A DNA stretch of 64,000 nt, taken from Chloroflexia bacterium (GTDB taxonomy: Bacteria; Chloroflexota; Chloroflexia; Thermomicrobiales; UBA6265). Below are positions 1 through 8,976 of the stretch, in pieces. Below the pieces are notes generated by a model. That model saw only the letters and a list, made by a program, of their open reading frames with translations, was not told where the DNA came from and made no database searches. How positions within the stretch are numbered: the stretch's first letter is position 1; each line of letters opens with the position of its first letter. The translations under genes and the position numbers were made by a program. The stretch spans positions 16,523-80,522 of the forward strand of contig JBHWTK010000067.1 in the NCBI GenBank assembly GCA_043427975.1, given 5' to 3'.

Positions 1-1600
1 CGTTGCGCGTGTTGATGGCTTCCTTGCGCTTGGCGTCTTCGGCGGCGTGCTCCTCAGCCTCCTGAACCATGCGCTTGACTTCATCCTCGCTCAGGCCGGA
101 GCTGCCGGCGATGGTGATCTTCTGTTCCTTGCCTGTGGCGGTGTCCTTGGCGGTGACGTTGAGGATGCCATTGGCGTCGATATCAAAGGTCACCTCAATC
201 TTCGGCACACCACGCGGTGCGGGCGGAATTCCATCGAGGATAAAGCGGCCGAGACTCTTGTTATCGGTGGCCATCGGGCGCTCACCCTGCAACACGTTGA
301 TCTCTACCTGCGGCTGGCTGTCGCTGGCCGTGGTGAATGTCTGGCTCTTGCGGGCCGGGATGGTGGTATTGCGCTCGATTAGCGGTGTCGCCACACCACC
401 AAGCGTCTCGATCGCCAGGGTAAGCGGCGTCACGTCCAGCAGCAGGATGTCCTTGACATCGCCGCCGAGCACACCACCCTGGATGGCGGCACCAAGCGCC
501 ACAACTTCGTCCGGGTTGATGCCCTTGTGCGGCTCCTTGCCGAAGAAGTCCTGCACGGTCTTCTGAACAATCGGCATGCGGGTCTGGCCACCAACGAGCA
601 GGGCTTCGTCCACCTCGCTCTTGCTGAGGCCGGCATCCTTGAGGGCCGATTCCATCGGGCCCTTGGTGCGGTTCACCAGGTCACTGGTGAGCGATTCCAG
701 CTTGGAGCGCGTGAGGGTGATATTCAGATGCTTCGGACCGCTGGCATCGGCCGTAATAAACGGCAGGTTGATATCGGTCTGCTGGGTGCTGGAAAGCTCG
801 ATCTTGGCCTTCTCGGCAGCTTCCTTCAGGCGCTGGAGCGCCATGCGGTCGTTGCGGAGGTCAACGCCTTCCTGCTTCTTGAACTCGTCGGCGAGCCAGT
901 TAATGATCACCTGGTCGAAGTCGTCACCACCCAGGTGGGTATCACCATTGGTGGCGAGCACCTGGAAGACGCCCTCGCTGAGGTCGAGGATGGAGATATC
1001 GTAGGTACCACCACCAAGGTCGTACACAGCGATCTTCTCATCCTTGTCCTGCTTCTCAAGGCCGTAGGCCAGGGCGGAAGCGGTGGGCTCGTTGATAATG
1101 CGCAGCACCTCAAGGCCAGCGATCCGGCCAGCATCCTTGGTGGCATCGCGCTGTGAGTTATCGAAGTACGCCGGTACGGTAATCACGGCCTTGTCCACGG
1201 TTTCACCGAGGTAGGCTTCCGCGTCCGCCTTCATCTTCTGCAGGATCATCGCGCTGACTTCCTGCGGGCTGTACCACTTGTCGCCCATCTTCACCTGCAC
1301 GTCGCCGTTCGGGGCGGCCTGCAGTGCGTACGGCACAAGTTCCTTGTCCTTGGCGATAGCAGGGTCGTTGAACTTGCGACCAATGAACCGCTTCACCGAG
1401 AAAATGGTGTTATCCGGGTTGGTTACCGCTTGCCGGCGGGCAAACCGCCCCACCAGGCGCTCGCCGGAGTTGGTGAGGGCCACGACCGAGGGCGTAAGTC
1501 GCTCGCCTTCGGCGTTGGGGATCACCACCGGCTCGCCACCTTCAATGGTGGCCATTACCGAGTTGGTTGTTCCGAGGTCAATACCGATTGTTCGTCCCAT
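1..1600 (-). CDS. dnaK: Molecular chaperone DnaK (Hsp70), N-terminal ~533 aa; C-terminus runs off the left window edge
   Basis: Absent from the ORF track because there is no stop in the window. Reverse complement from ATG at 1600-1598 reads [22 protein letters not shown]...[20 protein letters not shown]...[12 protein letters not shown]...[22 protein letters not shown] lies upstream. Follows grpE. Confidence 0.95.
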   Translation of the reverse strand, partial: MGRTIGIDLGTTNSVMATIEGGEPVVIPNAEGERLTPSVVALTNSGERLVGRFARRQAVTNPDNTIFSVKRFIGRKFNDPAIAKDKELVPYALQAAPNGDVQVKMGDKWYSPQEVSAMILQKMKADAEAYLGETVDKAVITVPAYFDNSQRDATKDAGRIAGLEVLRIINEPTASALAYGLEKQDKDEKIAVYDLGGGTYDISILDLSEGVFQVLATNGDTHLGGDDFDQVIINWLADEFKKQEGVDLRNDRMALQRLKEAAEKAKIELSSTQQTDINLPFITADASGPKHLNITLTRSKLESLTSDLVNRTKGPMESALKDAGLSKSEVDEALLVGGQTRMPIVQKTVQDFFGKEPHKGINPDEVVALGAAIQGGVLGGDVKDILLLDVTPLTLAIETLGGVATPLIERNTTIPARKSQTFTTASDSQPQVEINVLQGERPMATDNKSLGRFILDGIPPAPRGVPKIEVTFDIDANGILNVTAKDTATGKEQKITIAGSSGLSEDEVKRMVQEAEEHAAEDAKRKEAINTRN

Positions 1601-1649
1601 GTTGTCTCCTTTAGGTCTGTGTGGCTCACGCCACGTTTATTGAACGTGC

Positions 1650-2213
1650 TTACGCGTTGAACTCTTCGGGAGCGTTGCCGGTTTTCACCATGGCAGCACG
1701 CAGAAGGGTATCCCCCAGTTTGTAGCCCTTCTGGTACACCTCTACGACGTACTCGCCGCTGGTACCGGGCTCTACAGAAACTGCCTCGTGAATGGAGGGA
1801 TCGAATGCCGACCCCACTCCGCTCACTTCCTTCACACCAGCGCCCTCAAGCAACTGGTGGAATTTGGCCTGGATCATCTGGATTCCCTTGAACCAGCTAT
1901 CGTCGTGCTCGTTTTCCGGCACAGCCGCCATGGCCCGGTCCCAGTCATCGATAACGGGCAGGAACCGGCTAATGGCATTGGCAGTGAAGAGTTCCCCCAA
2001 CCGCAACTTCTCGGCATCGGTTCGCTTGCGATAGTTGATGAACTCTGCGCGGCTTCGCTGCAACTGGTCGAGGTATTCGTCCCGCTGGGCGACAAGCTTC
2101 TCGATCATCGAATCGGTATCATCGGACGTTTCACCGAACTCGCCTTCCAGCTCGTCGCCCTCCATATCATCCTCGAGGAATTCGTCATCGTTCCTTACGT
2201 CGTTATGCGTCAT
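1650..2213 (-). CDS. grpE: Nucleotide exchange factor GrpE
   Basis: 187-aa ORF with acidic N-terminus, coiled-coil RSRAEFINYRKRTDAEK and a GrpE C-terminal beta domain. Located between hrcA and dnaK. Confidence 0.95.
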   Translation of the reverse strand: MTHNDVRNDDEFLEDDMEGDELEGEFGETSDDTDSMIEKLVAQRDEYLDQLQRSRAEFINYRKRTDAEKLRLGELFTANAISRFLPVIDDWDRAMAAVPENEHDDSWFKGIQMIQAKFHQLLEGAGVKEVSGVGSAFDPSIHEAVSVEPGTSGEYVVEVYQKGYKLGDTLLRAAMVKTGNAPEEFNA

Positions 2214-2267
2214 TCAAACCTCTCCAATCGGCCGGGCCCGTGCCCAACCAGTACGAATTTTTCCTGT

Positions 2268-3314
2268 TTACGCGGAATACAAGTCGGCCATGAGGTCACT
2301 CATCAGCCGGGCCATGTACCGCACCGACGGGATACTGTGCCAGTAGCGCATGCGGGTTGGCCCAAGGACGCCCAAAATGCCCGTGACTTCGCCATCGACG
2401 CCATAGGTGGCAATTACAATGCCGAAGTTGCGCAGCGCCTGGGCGGGGTTCTCTTCGCCAATAAATACCTGCACATCGTTATCCGGGGTAAGCTGCGGAA
2501 GCAACTCTCCCAGGAATCCGGGTCCGGCCATAAGCTCCATCACCAGCTGGCCCTCGGCGCCCGCGAACTCCGGCTGGCGCAGCATTTTATCGATACCGCT
2601 ATGCCGTACGGGCATATCCTGGACCGAATCCATGGTGCGCAGCCCGCTGGCGATATGCTCCAACACAAACTGCACAACGCCCTGTGCGGTGGCGCTTATC
2701 GCCTCGATTTCCTGGCTGTTCAGTCCGCGTAATGCGCCAATCTGCTGGTCGGCAATACTGCTGAGCAGTGGCTGTTCCGCTTCCTCGGGAAGGTGCAGCA
2801 TCATCTGCCGAACCGCACTCTCCTGCGTCACCAGAATGAGCAACGCCAAACGCGGTTGCAGGGAAATCAGTTCGAAATGCCGCAACCGTGCCACGTGCGT
2901 TTTCGGTGCCGTCACAATGCTGGCCATACCCGAAGTACTGCTGAGGACGCTGGCGGCAAACTCCACCATGCTGTCCAGCTGGCCCTCGACCTGGCGGAAC
3001 TGATGGCGAATCATCACCTGGTCCGCTTGGGCCAACGACCGATTCGGCATCAGGTGGTGCACGTAGTACCGATATCCCTGGTCAGTCGGGATTCGTCCAC
3101 CAGAGGTATGTGGCTGGGCCACGTACCCCATGTGTTCCAGGGCAACCATCTCATTACGAATGGTCGCGCTGGAGATTGGTGCGCCGAACCGTGTCACCAA
3201 GGTTGCAGACCCCACGGGTTTCCCGGAATCCACATACTCGCGCACGAGAAGCTGCAGCAGCTTTTTGCGCCGCTCCGTCATCTCTGCCGGGCTATGTTGA
3301 ATCCGTTGGTCCAT
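2268..3314 (-). CDS. hrcA: Heat-inducible transcription repressor HrcA
   Basis: 348-aa ORF with N-terminal winged-helix RRKKLLQLLVREYVDSGKPVGSATL. First gene of hrcA-grpE-dnaK, with a CIRCE operator immediately upstream. Confidence 0.95.
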   Translation of the reverse strand: MDQRIQHSPAEMTERRKKLLQLLVREYVDSGKPVGSATLVTRFGAPISSATIRNEMVALEHMGYVAQPHTSGGRIPTDQGYRYYVHHLMPNRSLAQADQVMIRHQFRQVEGQLDSMVEFAASVLSSTSGMASIVTAPKTHVARLRHFELISLQPRLALLILVTQESAVRQMMLHLPEEAEQPLLSSIADQQIGALRGLNSQEIEAISATAQGVVQFVLEHIASGLRTMDSVQDMPVRHSGIDKMLRQPEFAGAEGQLVMELMAGPGFLGELLPQLTPDNDVQVFIGEENPAQALRNFGIVIATYGVDGEVTGILGVLGPTRMRYWHSIPSVRYMARLMSDLMADLYSA

Positions 3315-3332
3315 GGCATCGTCCTTTCGGTG

Positions 3333-3359
3333 TTAGCACTCGTTTATTGAGACTGCTAA
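3333..3359 (-). promoter_or_regulatory. CIRCE operator (HrcA binding site)
   Basis: TTAGCACTC-N9-GACTGCTAA on the plus strand, versus consensus TTAGCACTC-N9-GAGTGCTAA (one mismatch). Lies 19 nt upstream of the hrcA ATG. Confidence 0.85.
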
Positions 3360-3367
3360 CCAAATGG

Positions 3368-3397
3368 ATGATACAAGGTTGATACGGACCTTGTCAA
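3368..3397 (-). promoter_or_regulatory. Sigma-70-type promoter of the hrcA operon
   Basis: Minus strand reads TTGACA-N18-TATCAT, ending 8 nt upstream of CIRCE. Confidence 0.6.
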
Positions 3398-3399
3398 GG

Positions 3400-4080
3400 T
3401 TAAGACCGCTTTCCGAACAACCTTCCCATCAGGCTTTGCTTCTCTTCCGCCAGTGCTGCGTCGATGCGCGCACGGATAGCGGGATCCATTTTCTTACGGT
3501 TCGGGGTCTCTACCACCCGGGCGTTGGGCGGAAGCACATTGATTGCTTCGATAAGCCCAAGTCCCGACGATTTCGCGGCATCTGTCACCATTCTCATGGT
3601 GGCGAGCATCGGGTACGGGTCGGCTTCGGCCACGTGCAGACGTTTGGCCCAGAGCTCCAGGCGCAATTCAACCAGCTGGTCCAGCTTGTCAATCAGGTGC
3701 GGTGGAATCCAGGCTCCGGCCATGATGCCCCCGTGCAGGTCAAGCCGAATCGGCATACTGCCCACGAACACCGGCGGTACACCGTTATCCACAAACACGC
3801 GCGCCGGTGGTCGCATCAGCATGCCCACGCCACGATCAATAAGCGCTTCCCATGGCGTAAGGCCAAAGCCCTCGTAATGGAACGTTGGCTGGTCCTCGGC
3901 CATGGCCAGTGCCAGGCCCGTGGTGATGCGATTTGCCGAGAGCTCATCCAACGGCCGCTGGACCAATGCGCGCAAATCGTCTTCCCACCAGCTCCAGGGT
4001 GGCGTGCCCTCGCCACGTAGCGCCTGGACATAGCGTATGGCGGTCTCTGGCGAGTAGAGGTGCATGGTAATGAGCTGCAT
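3400..4080 (-). CDS. Hypothetical protein (226 aa), no recognised domain
   Basis: Long ORF with GC-rich third codon positions, and the only long ORF spanning this gap between neighbouring genes. I recognise no motifs. Confidence 0.55.
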   Translation of the reverse strand: MQLITMHLYSPETAIRYVQALRGEGTPPWSWWEDDLRALVQRPLDELSANRITTGLALAMAEDQPTFHYEGFGLTPWEALIDRGVGMLMRPPARVFVDNGVPPVFVGSMPIRLDLHGGIMAGAWIPPHLIDKLDQLVELRLELWAKRLHVAEADPYPMLATMRMVTDAAKSSGLGLIEAINVLPPNARVVETPNRKKMDPAIRARIDAALAEEKQSLMGRLFGKRS

Positions 4081-4122
4081 GGGTGATCCTTTCGTCGCGA
4101 TATATGCCTATCGTGCCATGAG

Positions 4123-4779
4123 GTGCCTGCCTGCGTCATACTTCAGCGCATGAAAACGATGATCGTCACCCTCCGGCTTTCTACCAACCTCGATGGACGC
4201 ACTCGCGAGCGCTGCCCCGATCTGGTGCTGTCTGTTGATGGCAACGAGGTTGCATCGGTGCGCAGCGATGTCGAGCAGCCGCACCTTCCAACCGGAGACG
4301 GTGAAATCGACCTTGTTGAATTCCAGGATGACGCGCTTAGCAGGGTGATGGATGAAGAGGCATGGATGGCCGAGCTGAAGCGCGTGGTTGCGCCAGGTGG
4401 CAACGTGCGCCTGACGCTGCCCGCCTCGGGCGCGCTGGCCTGGCTGGACACCATGAACCTGTACCGCTACATCGCCGATATCAGCAAGCGCGGCCATGCC
4501 CCGGATGCTGCCCTGCCCACCGGCTGGAATCGCCACTACTCGCCTGAGGATGTCACCCGGTTGCTGGCGGACGCAGGATTCGAGAACGTATCGATTCGCC
4601 GGAGTTGTTACGTGTCCGAAGTGATAGGGTTCCTGGGCAGCATGCTGTGGCGCAACTGGGTGCGGGGTGATCGACGCACCGAGTTAGAGGTTTTTCCCCG
4701 TTTTGCCCGGCGCACACCGGGTGAACGGCGTTTCCCGATTGGAACAACCTGGAGCGTTTCCGCCCGCAAACCTCGCTAA
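4123..4779 (+). CDS. Class I methyltransferase-fold protein with degenerate or absent SAM motif I
   Basis: Post-motif-I region is recognisable (LVLSVDGNE..., EIDLVEF..., ELKRVVAPGGNVRLTLP). The N-terminus (MIVTLRLSTNLDG) lacks a GxGxG. Start uncertain (4123/4150/4159). Confidence 0.45.
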   Translation: MPACVILQRMKTMIVTLRLSTNLDGRTRERCPDLVLSVDGNEVASVRSDVEQPHLPTGDGEIDLVEFQDDALSRVMDEEAWMAELKRVVAPGGNVRLTLPASGALAWLDTMNLYRYIADISKRGHAPDAALPTGWNRHYSPEDVTRLLADAGFENVSIRRSCYVSEVIGFLGSMLWRNWVRGDRRTELEVFPRFARRTPGERRFPIGTTWSVSARKPR

Positions 4780-4831
4780 CGCCGCAGGGGCGGCCACCGG
4801 TTGGTGACCGCCCCTGCCTGCTCCTGTGATG

Positions 4832-6295
4832 TCAGCGAGCCACTGCACCCTTGAGCGAATCTGGCGCCGGGATGTGGACATCGACCTTCTTGATGTACTT
4901 CTCAACAAGGTCCGCTCGGCCTGCCACGCCAAGTTCGCGCATTACCAGCTCGAAACGAGGCTGCAATTCGGCGTAGATAGCCTGCTTTGTTTCATCCGGC
5001 AAGCTCCACATTTCCTTCTTGAACGGGCCGAAGCCGTTCTTACGGGTCTTGTAGTAGAACTGCACATCGCTCATGCCCTCCTTGCGCTCCGATGCATGCG
5101 CTTCGGAAAGGTGGGCGTACACAGCGTCCCTCAGTTCGGCGGGGAAGTGTTCGCTATCGTAGTAGGCGTTCTGGTAGGCGGTGGCGAGGTGGACTTCCAC
5201 CGCGTCCACTTCTGCAAACTTACCAAACGCCTCTTCGGGCAGGGTGCTGGCACCATGCTGTACCGCGCCGCCCATGCCGTACTTCTTCGCCGCCTGGCTT
5301 AGCTTGCCGAGCGTCTCGAAATCGACCGCGACATCCGCAATGGAACCATCCGGCAACACCACGCCACCGTGGCTGGTGCCTGTTTGCACGCTGATTTTGC
5401 TCACAGGGATCAAGTTTTCGCCCAGCTTGGCCAGTTCTTCAGCATACCCTTCGTAGAAGGCATCCAGATCCTCAACGGTGCTGTTGTCGTTGCCGATCTC
5501 ACCTATTTCCGCGCCCACGGAGATCGTGAAGCCTTCCGGCTCATGTTGCCGGATAGCGGCAGTGAGTTCCGCCGTGTGGCGGCTGTTGAGCGCCTGCTGC
5601 TCCTTGAGGGTGGGTTTGGAAAGATCGACCAGCGTGCTGCAATCGATATCGATATTGCCGTAGCCGGCAGCGATGGCCGCGATCGCATGCTTGCGCACTG
5701 CTTCGATTTCGGCCTCAGGATCGGCTTCGTACTTCTTGCGGTTGGCCTGGTAATGGTCGCCTTGCACCATCACCGGACCCTCCCAGCCGTACTTCACCGC
5801 TGCGGCGAAGATGCTGGTAGCGTATTCAGAAGGCGACTGGTTCGTGTATCCATTTTCCGACTTCGCAAGCTCGAACAGCATTTGCTTGGTACCGGTGGCC
5901 TGGGCCGCCCGGAAAATGGTGCCGGCAAACTCCATCACATCACCACGGACATTGATCGCCGGTGTGGTGATGTTATGGTACTCGCCGCGCGCGGAGGCCA
6001 TATACAGGTCCTGGATCGACGCAGGGAACGCACCGGTAGCAACAGCAATGCGTCGAACCAGCCAGCGGGCCGCTTGCTGCGGATCGCCCTCGCCGAAGGC
6101 ACTCGTCCAGGCGAGTTGCTCTATCAGGTCGGACCGCACGGCATCGAGATCGAGAATTTCGATGTCGTCGCCGGTCACCCGTACGACGTCTTCCAGCGCG
6201 CCAACCAGCGACTCCATAGATTGGTGAATCGTTCGGGTCATGTACTGTCGAACCTTTCTCCAGGCATCATCGCCTGCTCTCTCCGGGGCACTCAT
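4832..6295 (-). CDS. Class II fructose/tagatose-bisphosphate aldolase family protein (long form)
   Basis: 487-aa ORF with class II aldolase hallmarks: VMVQGDH, GNIDIDCS, VQTGTSHGG, AVQHGASTLP. Confidence 0.8.
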   Translation of the reverse strand: MSAPERAGDDAWRKVRQYMTRTIHQSMESLVGALEDVVRVTGDDIEILDLDAVRSDLIEQLAWTSAFGEGDPQQAARWLVRRIAVATGAFPASIQDLYMASARGEYHNITTPAINVRGDVMEFAGTIFRAAQATGTKQMLFELAKSENGYTNQSPSEYATSIFAAAVKYGWEGPVMVQGDHYQANRKKYEADPEAEIEAVRKHAIAAIAAGYGNIDIDCSTLVDLSKPTLKEQQALNSRHTAELTAAIRQHEPEGFTISVGAEIGEIGNDNSTVEDLDAFYEGYAEELAKLGENLIPVSKISVQTGTSHGGVVLPDGSIADVAVDFETLGKLSQAAKKYGMGGAVQHGASTLPEEAFGKFAEVDAVEVHLATAYQNAYYDSEHFPAELRDAVYAHLSEAHASERKEGMSDVQFYYKTRKNGFGPFKKEMWSLPDETKQAIYAELQPRFELVMRELGVAGRADLVEKYIKKVDVHIPAPDSLKGAVAR

Positions 6296-6368
6296 GCCAG
6301 CTATGGCATGATGGCCGCAATATCCTTACCAAAGCATGGTACCGCACAGGTATTGCAGAAACGTGTCA

Positions 6369-6411
6369 GGAAAACAGCACATGCCCCGGATGTCGAAACA
6401 CCCGGGGCATG
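6369..6411 (-). terminator. Intrinsic terminator after the cupredoxin gene
   Basis: Minus-strand RNA has a 10-bp stem CAUGCCCCGG/CCGGGGCAUG followed by GCUGUUUUCC, about 20 nt after the stop at 6430. Confidence 0.6.
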
Positions 6412-6429
6412 CACCACTCGTTCTATCCG

Positions 6430-8820
6430 TTATTTGACGGTAAACGTGCCCACCATGCCGCTCTGCTTGTGGCCCGGTACCGAGCAATAGAACTCGACCG
6501 ATGTACCAGACTCGGCATCGTCGGGAATCACCACATCACCGGTCTGGTCATTGTTCAGGAGTTCGGTAGCAATACCCCACTCATCCACAACCAGGTCGTG
6601 CTGGGCAAATCCCACGTTGTGCAGCGTTACGGTTTGACCAGGCGAAACCTCAACTTCATTCGGGCTGAAGCTGAAGTCATCATGCGCCTCGATCGTGATC
6701 GCTTCGCCCGATCCGGAATCCTCGCCGCTGCCAGTCGCCGATGGCGATGACTGCGGGGATGCAACCGGGGTTGCGGATCCACCAGGCGCCACGATGGTGA
6801 TCTTGCCGACCATCCCCTGGTTCTGGGCTTCGGTCAGGTTCGACTTGAACTCGATCGTCTTGCCGACCTCCGCATCCTCAGGGACGGTGAACTCGCCAAA
6901 GCTGCCGTTGGGCACGCTCTTGATCATGGGCGTGAGGGCGTTTTCGTCCCACTCCTCTGAAGTAAGGCCCATCGACATGCCGGTTTCGTTCTGGAAGGTG
7001 ATCACACCACCCGGGGCAATCTCGAACTCGGCAGGCTGGAACTCCCACTGGGTACCAACTACGGTAACAGCCTGCGGCGTGTTCTCCGTGCCACCCGTTT
7101 CAGAACCGGAACCCGCCTCGCCGGCCGCCGCCGTGGCCTCGCCTTCGGCAGCCGGAGCCGCGGCAGACGAGCCGCCCTCAACGACGGTGAAGGTACCAAC
7201 CATGCCGCTCTGCTTGTGGCCCGGCACGGAGCAGTAGAACTCCACCGAGGTACCGACTTCTGCGTCGTCCGGAATGACCACGTCACCAGTCTGGTCGTTG
7301 TTGAGCAACTCGGTGGCAATACCCCATTCGTCCACAACCAGGTCATGCTGGGCAAAACCGACATTGTGGAGGGTCACGGTTTGACCCGGGGCTACCTCAA
7401 CCTCGTTCGGGCTGAAGCTAAAGTCGTCGTGCGCCTCGATCATGATCGCTTCGCCGGAGCCACTCCCGGCGGCGGCGGGAGCCTCTTCTTCGGCAGCAGC
7501 GGTCGCTTCGTCCTCGCCTTCTTCAGCCGGAGCTGCAGCCGAAGAACCACCTTCAACAACCGTAAAGGTGCCTTCCATGCCGCTCTGGCGGTGGCCAGGA
7601 ACCGAGCAGTAGAAGGTGACGGAACTACCGACTTCGGCATCCTCGGGGATCACCACATCGCCGGTCTGCTCGTTGTTCAGGAGTTCGGTAGCGATGCCCC
7701 ATTCATCAACCACGAGGTCGTGCTGGGCAAAGCCCTTGTTATGCAGGGTGACCGTCTGGCCTGGAGCCACTTCAACTTCGTTCGGACTGAAGCTGAAGTC
7801 ATCGTGCGCTTCGATGGTGATTGGCTCGCTGGAGCCGCTACCAGCGGCCGCAGGAGCTTCTTCCTCTGTAGCAGCAGTCGCTTCGTCCTCAGTTTCACCT
7901 GCAGGAGCGGCCGCCGCAGAAGAGCCGGCCTCGACAACCGTAAAGGTGCCTTCCATGCCGCTCTGGCGGTGACCGGGGACGGAGCAGTAGAAGGTAACGG
8001 AGCTACCGACTTCGGCATCCTCGGGGATCACCACATCACCAGTCTGCTCGTTATTGAGCAGCTCGGTCCTGATTCCCCACTCGTCTACGACGAGGTCGTG
8101 CTGGGCAAAGCCCTTGTTATGCAGTGTGACTGTCTGGCCGGGCGAAACCTCGACCTCGTTCGGGCTGAAGCTGAAATCATCATGTGCTTCGATCACGACG
8201 GCCTCAGCGGCACCACCGGCACTGCCTTCCTCGGCGGGAGCTTCCTCTTCAGCAGGGGCTTCCTCACCGGCTGGGGCTGCAGCCGCAGATGCCTCAACCA
8301 CCGTAAAGGTGCCTTCCATACCGCTCTGGCGGTGACCCGGGACGGAGCAGTAGAACGTTGCCGTGCTACCGATTTCCGCGTCTTCCGGGATGGTTATGTC
8401 GCCGGATTCTTCGCTGTTGAGCAGCTCTGTCGCGATTCCCCACTCGTCCACCACAAGGTCGTGCTGGGCGAAACCCTTGTTCTGGAGGGTAACCGTCTGG
8501 CCGGGCGAAACCTCGACCTCATTTGGCGTGAAACTGAAGTCGTCGTGCGCTTCAATCACAATCGCCTCGGCTGAAGCGGCACCGGTATCGCCACCACCGT
8601 CGCCTGATCCAGTTCCTTCAGTGGGCGTATCGGAGCCCTGTTGGGCACCGGGGGTGGAGGTGCGTGGGGCGATCGTTGGTGGTGCGCCCGGAACGTCCGG
8701 GATCTGGGTTGGATTAAGAGCCTCTTCGCTCAGCGGTTCGTTGCCACAGGCAACCAGTAACACGCTTGTTGCGGTTACCGATGTTACCGCCACAAATCGA
8801 CGGCGATTCATACGATTCAT
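6430..8820 (-). CDS. Tat-signal lipoprotein with six tandem cupredoxin modules (five with full type-1 copper ligand sets, one degenerate)
   Basis: Start reassigned to ATG 8820 (AGGAGG SD 10 nt upstream). Signal peptide MNRMNRRRFVAV...LLVAC has a twin-Arg motif plus lipobox L-V-A-C. Each module carries FAQH...FYCSVPGH(R/K)QSGM, giving His, Cys, His, Met ligands. Confidence 0.85.
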   Translation of the reverse strand: MNRMNRRRFVAVTSVTATSVLLVACGNEPLSEEALNPTQIPDVPGAPPTIAPRTSTPGAQQGSDTPTEGTGSGDGGGDTGAASAEAIVIEAHDDFSFTPNEVEVSPGQTVTLQNKGFAQHDLVVDEWGIATELLNSEESGDITIPEDAEIGSTATFYCSVPGHRQSGMEGTFTVVEASAAAAPAGEEAPAEEEAPAEEGSAGGAAEAVVIEAHDDFSFSPNEVEVSPGQTVTLHNKGFAQHDLVVDEWGIRTELLNNEQTGDVVIPEDAEVGSSVTFYCSVPGHRQSGMEGTFTVVEAGSSAAAAPAGETEDEATAATEEEAPAAAGSGSSEPITIEAHDDFSFSPNEVEVAPGQTVTLHNKGFAQHDLVVDEWGIATELLNNEQTGDVVIPEDAEVGSSVTFYCSVPGHRQSGMEGTFTVVEGGSSAAAPAEEGEDEATAAAEEEAPAAAGSGSGEAIMIEAHDDFSFSPNEVEVAPGQTVTLHNVGFAQHDLVVDEWGIATELLNNDQTGDVVIPDDAEVGTSVEFYCSVPGHKQSGMVGTFTVVEGGSSAAAPAAEGEATAAAGEAGSGSETGGTENTPQAVTVVGTQWEFQPAEFEIAPGGVITFQNETGMSMGLTSEEWDENALTPMIKSVPNGSFGEFTVPEDAEVGKTIEFKSNLTEAQNQGMVGKITIVAPGGSATPVASPQSSPSATGSGEDSGSGEAITIEAHDDFSFSPNEVEVSPGQTVTLHNVGFAQHDLVVDEWGIATELLNNDQTGDVVIPDDAESGTSVEFYCSVPGHKQSGMVGTFTVK
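6433..8571 (-). repeat. In-frame tandem array of ~93-aa cupredoxin modules separated by 27-33 aa Ala/Glu/Pro/Ser/Gly linkers
   Basis: Module coordinates: D1 8293-8571, D2 7930-8208, D3 7552-7830, D4 7177-7455, D5 (degenerate) 6790-7077, D6 6433-6708. D2~D3 and D4~D6 are nearly identical as protein. Confidence 0.9.
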
Positions 8821-8871
8821 ACCCACACATCCTCCTGGGCGATTTTGTAGCAGTTCGCGTTGTTGCACCGG

Positions 8872-8897
8872 AAAAAGCGCACCGACGAACGTCGTGC
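8872..8897 (-). promoter_or_regulatory. Stem-loop plus U-tract in the 5' leader of the cupredoxin gene
   Basis: Minus RNA reads GCACGAC-GUUC-GUCG(G)UGC followed by GCUUUUUCC. It lies between a TACAAT -10-like box (8914-8919) and the start codon. Confidence 0.3.
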
Positions 8898-8976
8898 ACA
8901 AGACACTGCAACTATTGTACCGTGCCCGCAGCAAAGGTAACCGCGGGCCAACGGGCCGATGTAAGGAAAATTACCT

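Noticed and set aside
7216-8574. 452-aa plus-strand ORF with its own internal periodicity
   Set aside because: Antisense to the cupredoxin array. Its repeats simply mirror the coding repeats on the other strand, and it has no copper or other motifs.
6430-8600. Regularly spaced ~380-400 bp DNA repeats, considered as a CRISPR-like or non-coding tandem array
   Set aside because: Repeat units are far longer than CRISPR repeats. They are in frame within one long ORF and encode complete cupredoxin modules, and the variable 'spacers' are in-frame linkers.
8821-8934. 38-codon N-terminal extension of the cupredoxin ORF (MLRARYNSCSVLC...)
   Set aside because: The internal ATG at 8820 has an AGGAGG SD at 10 nt and is followed immediately by a Tat/lipobox signal peptide. 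The extension would bury that signal.
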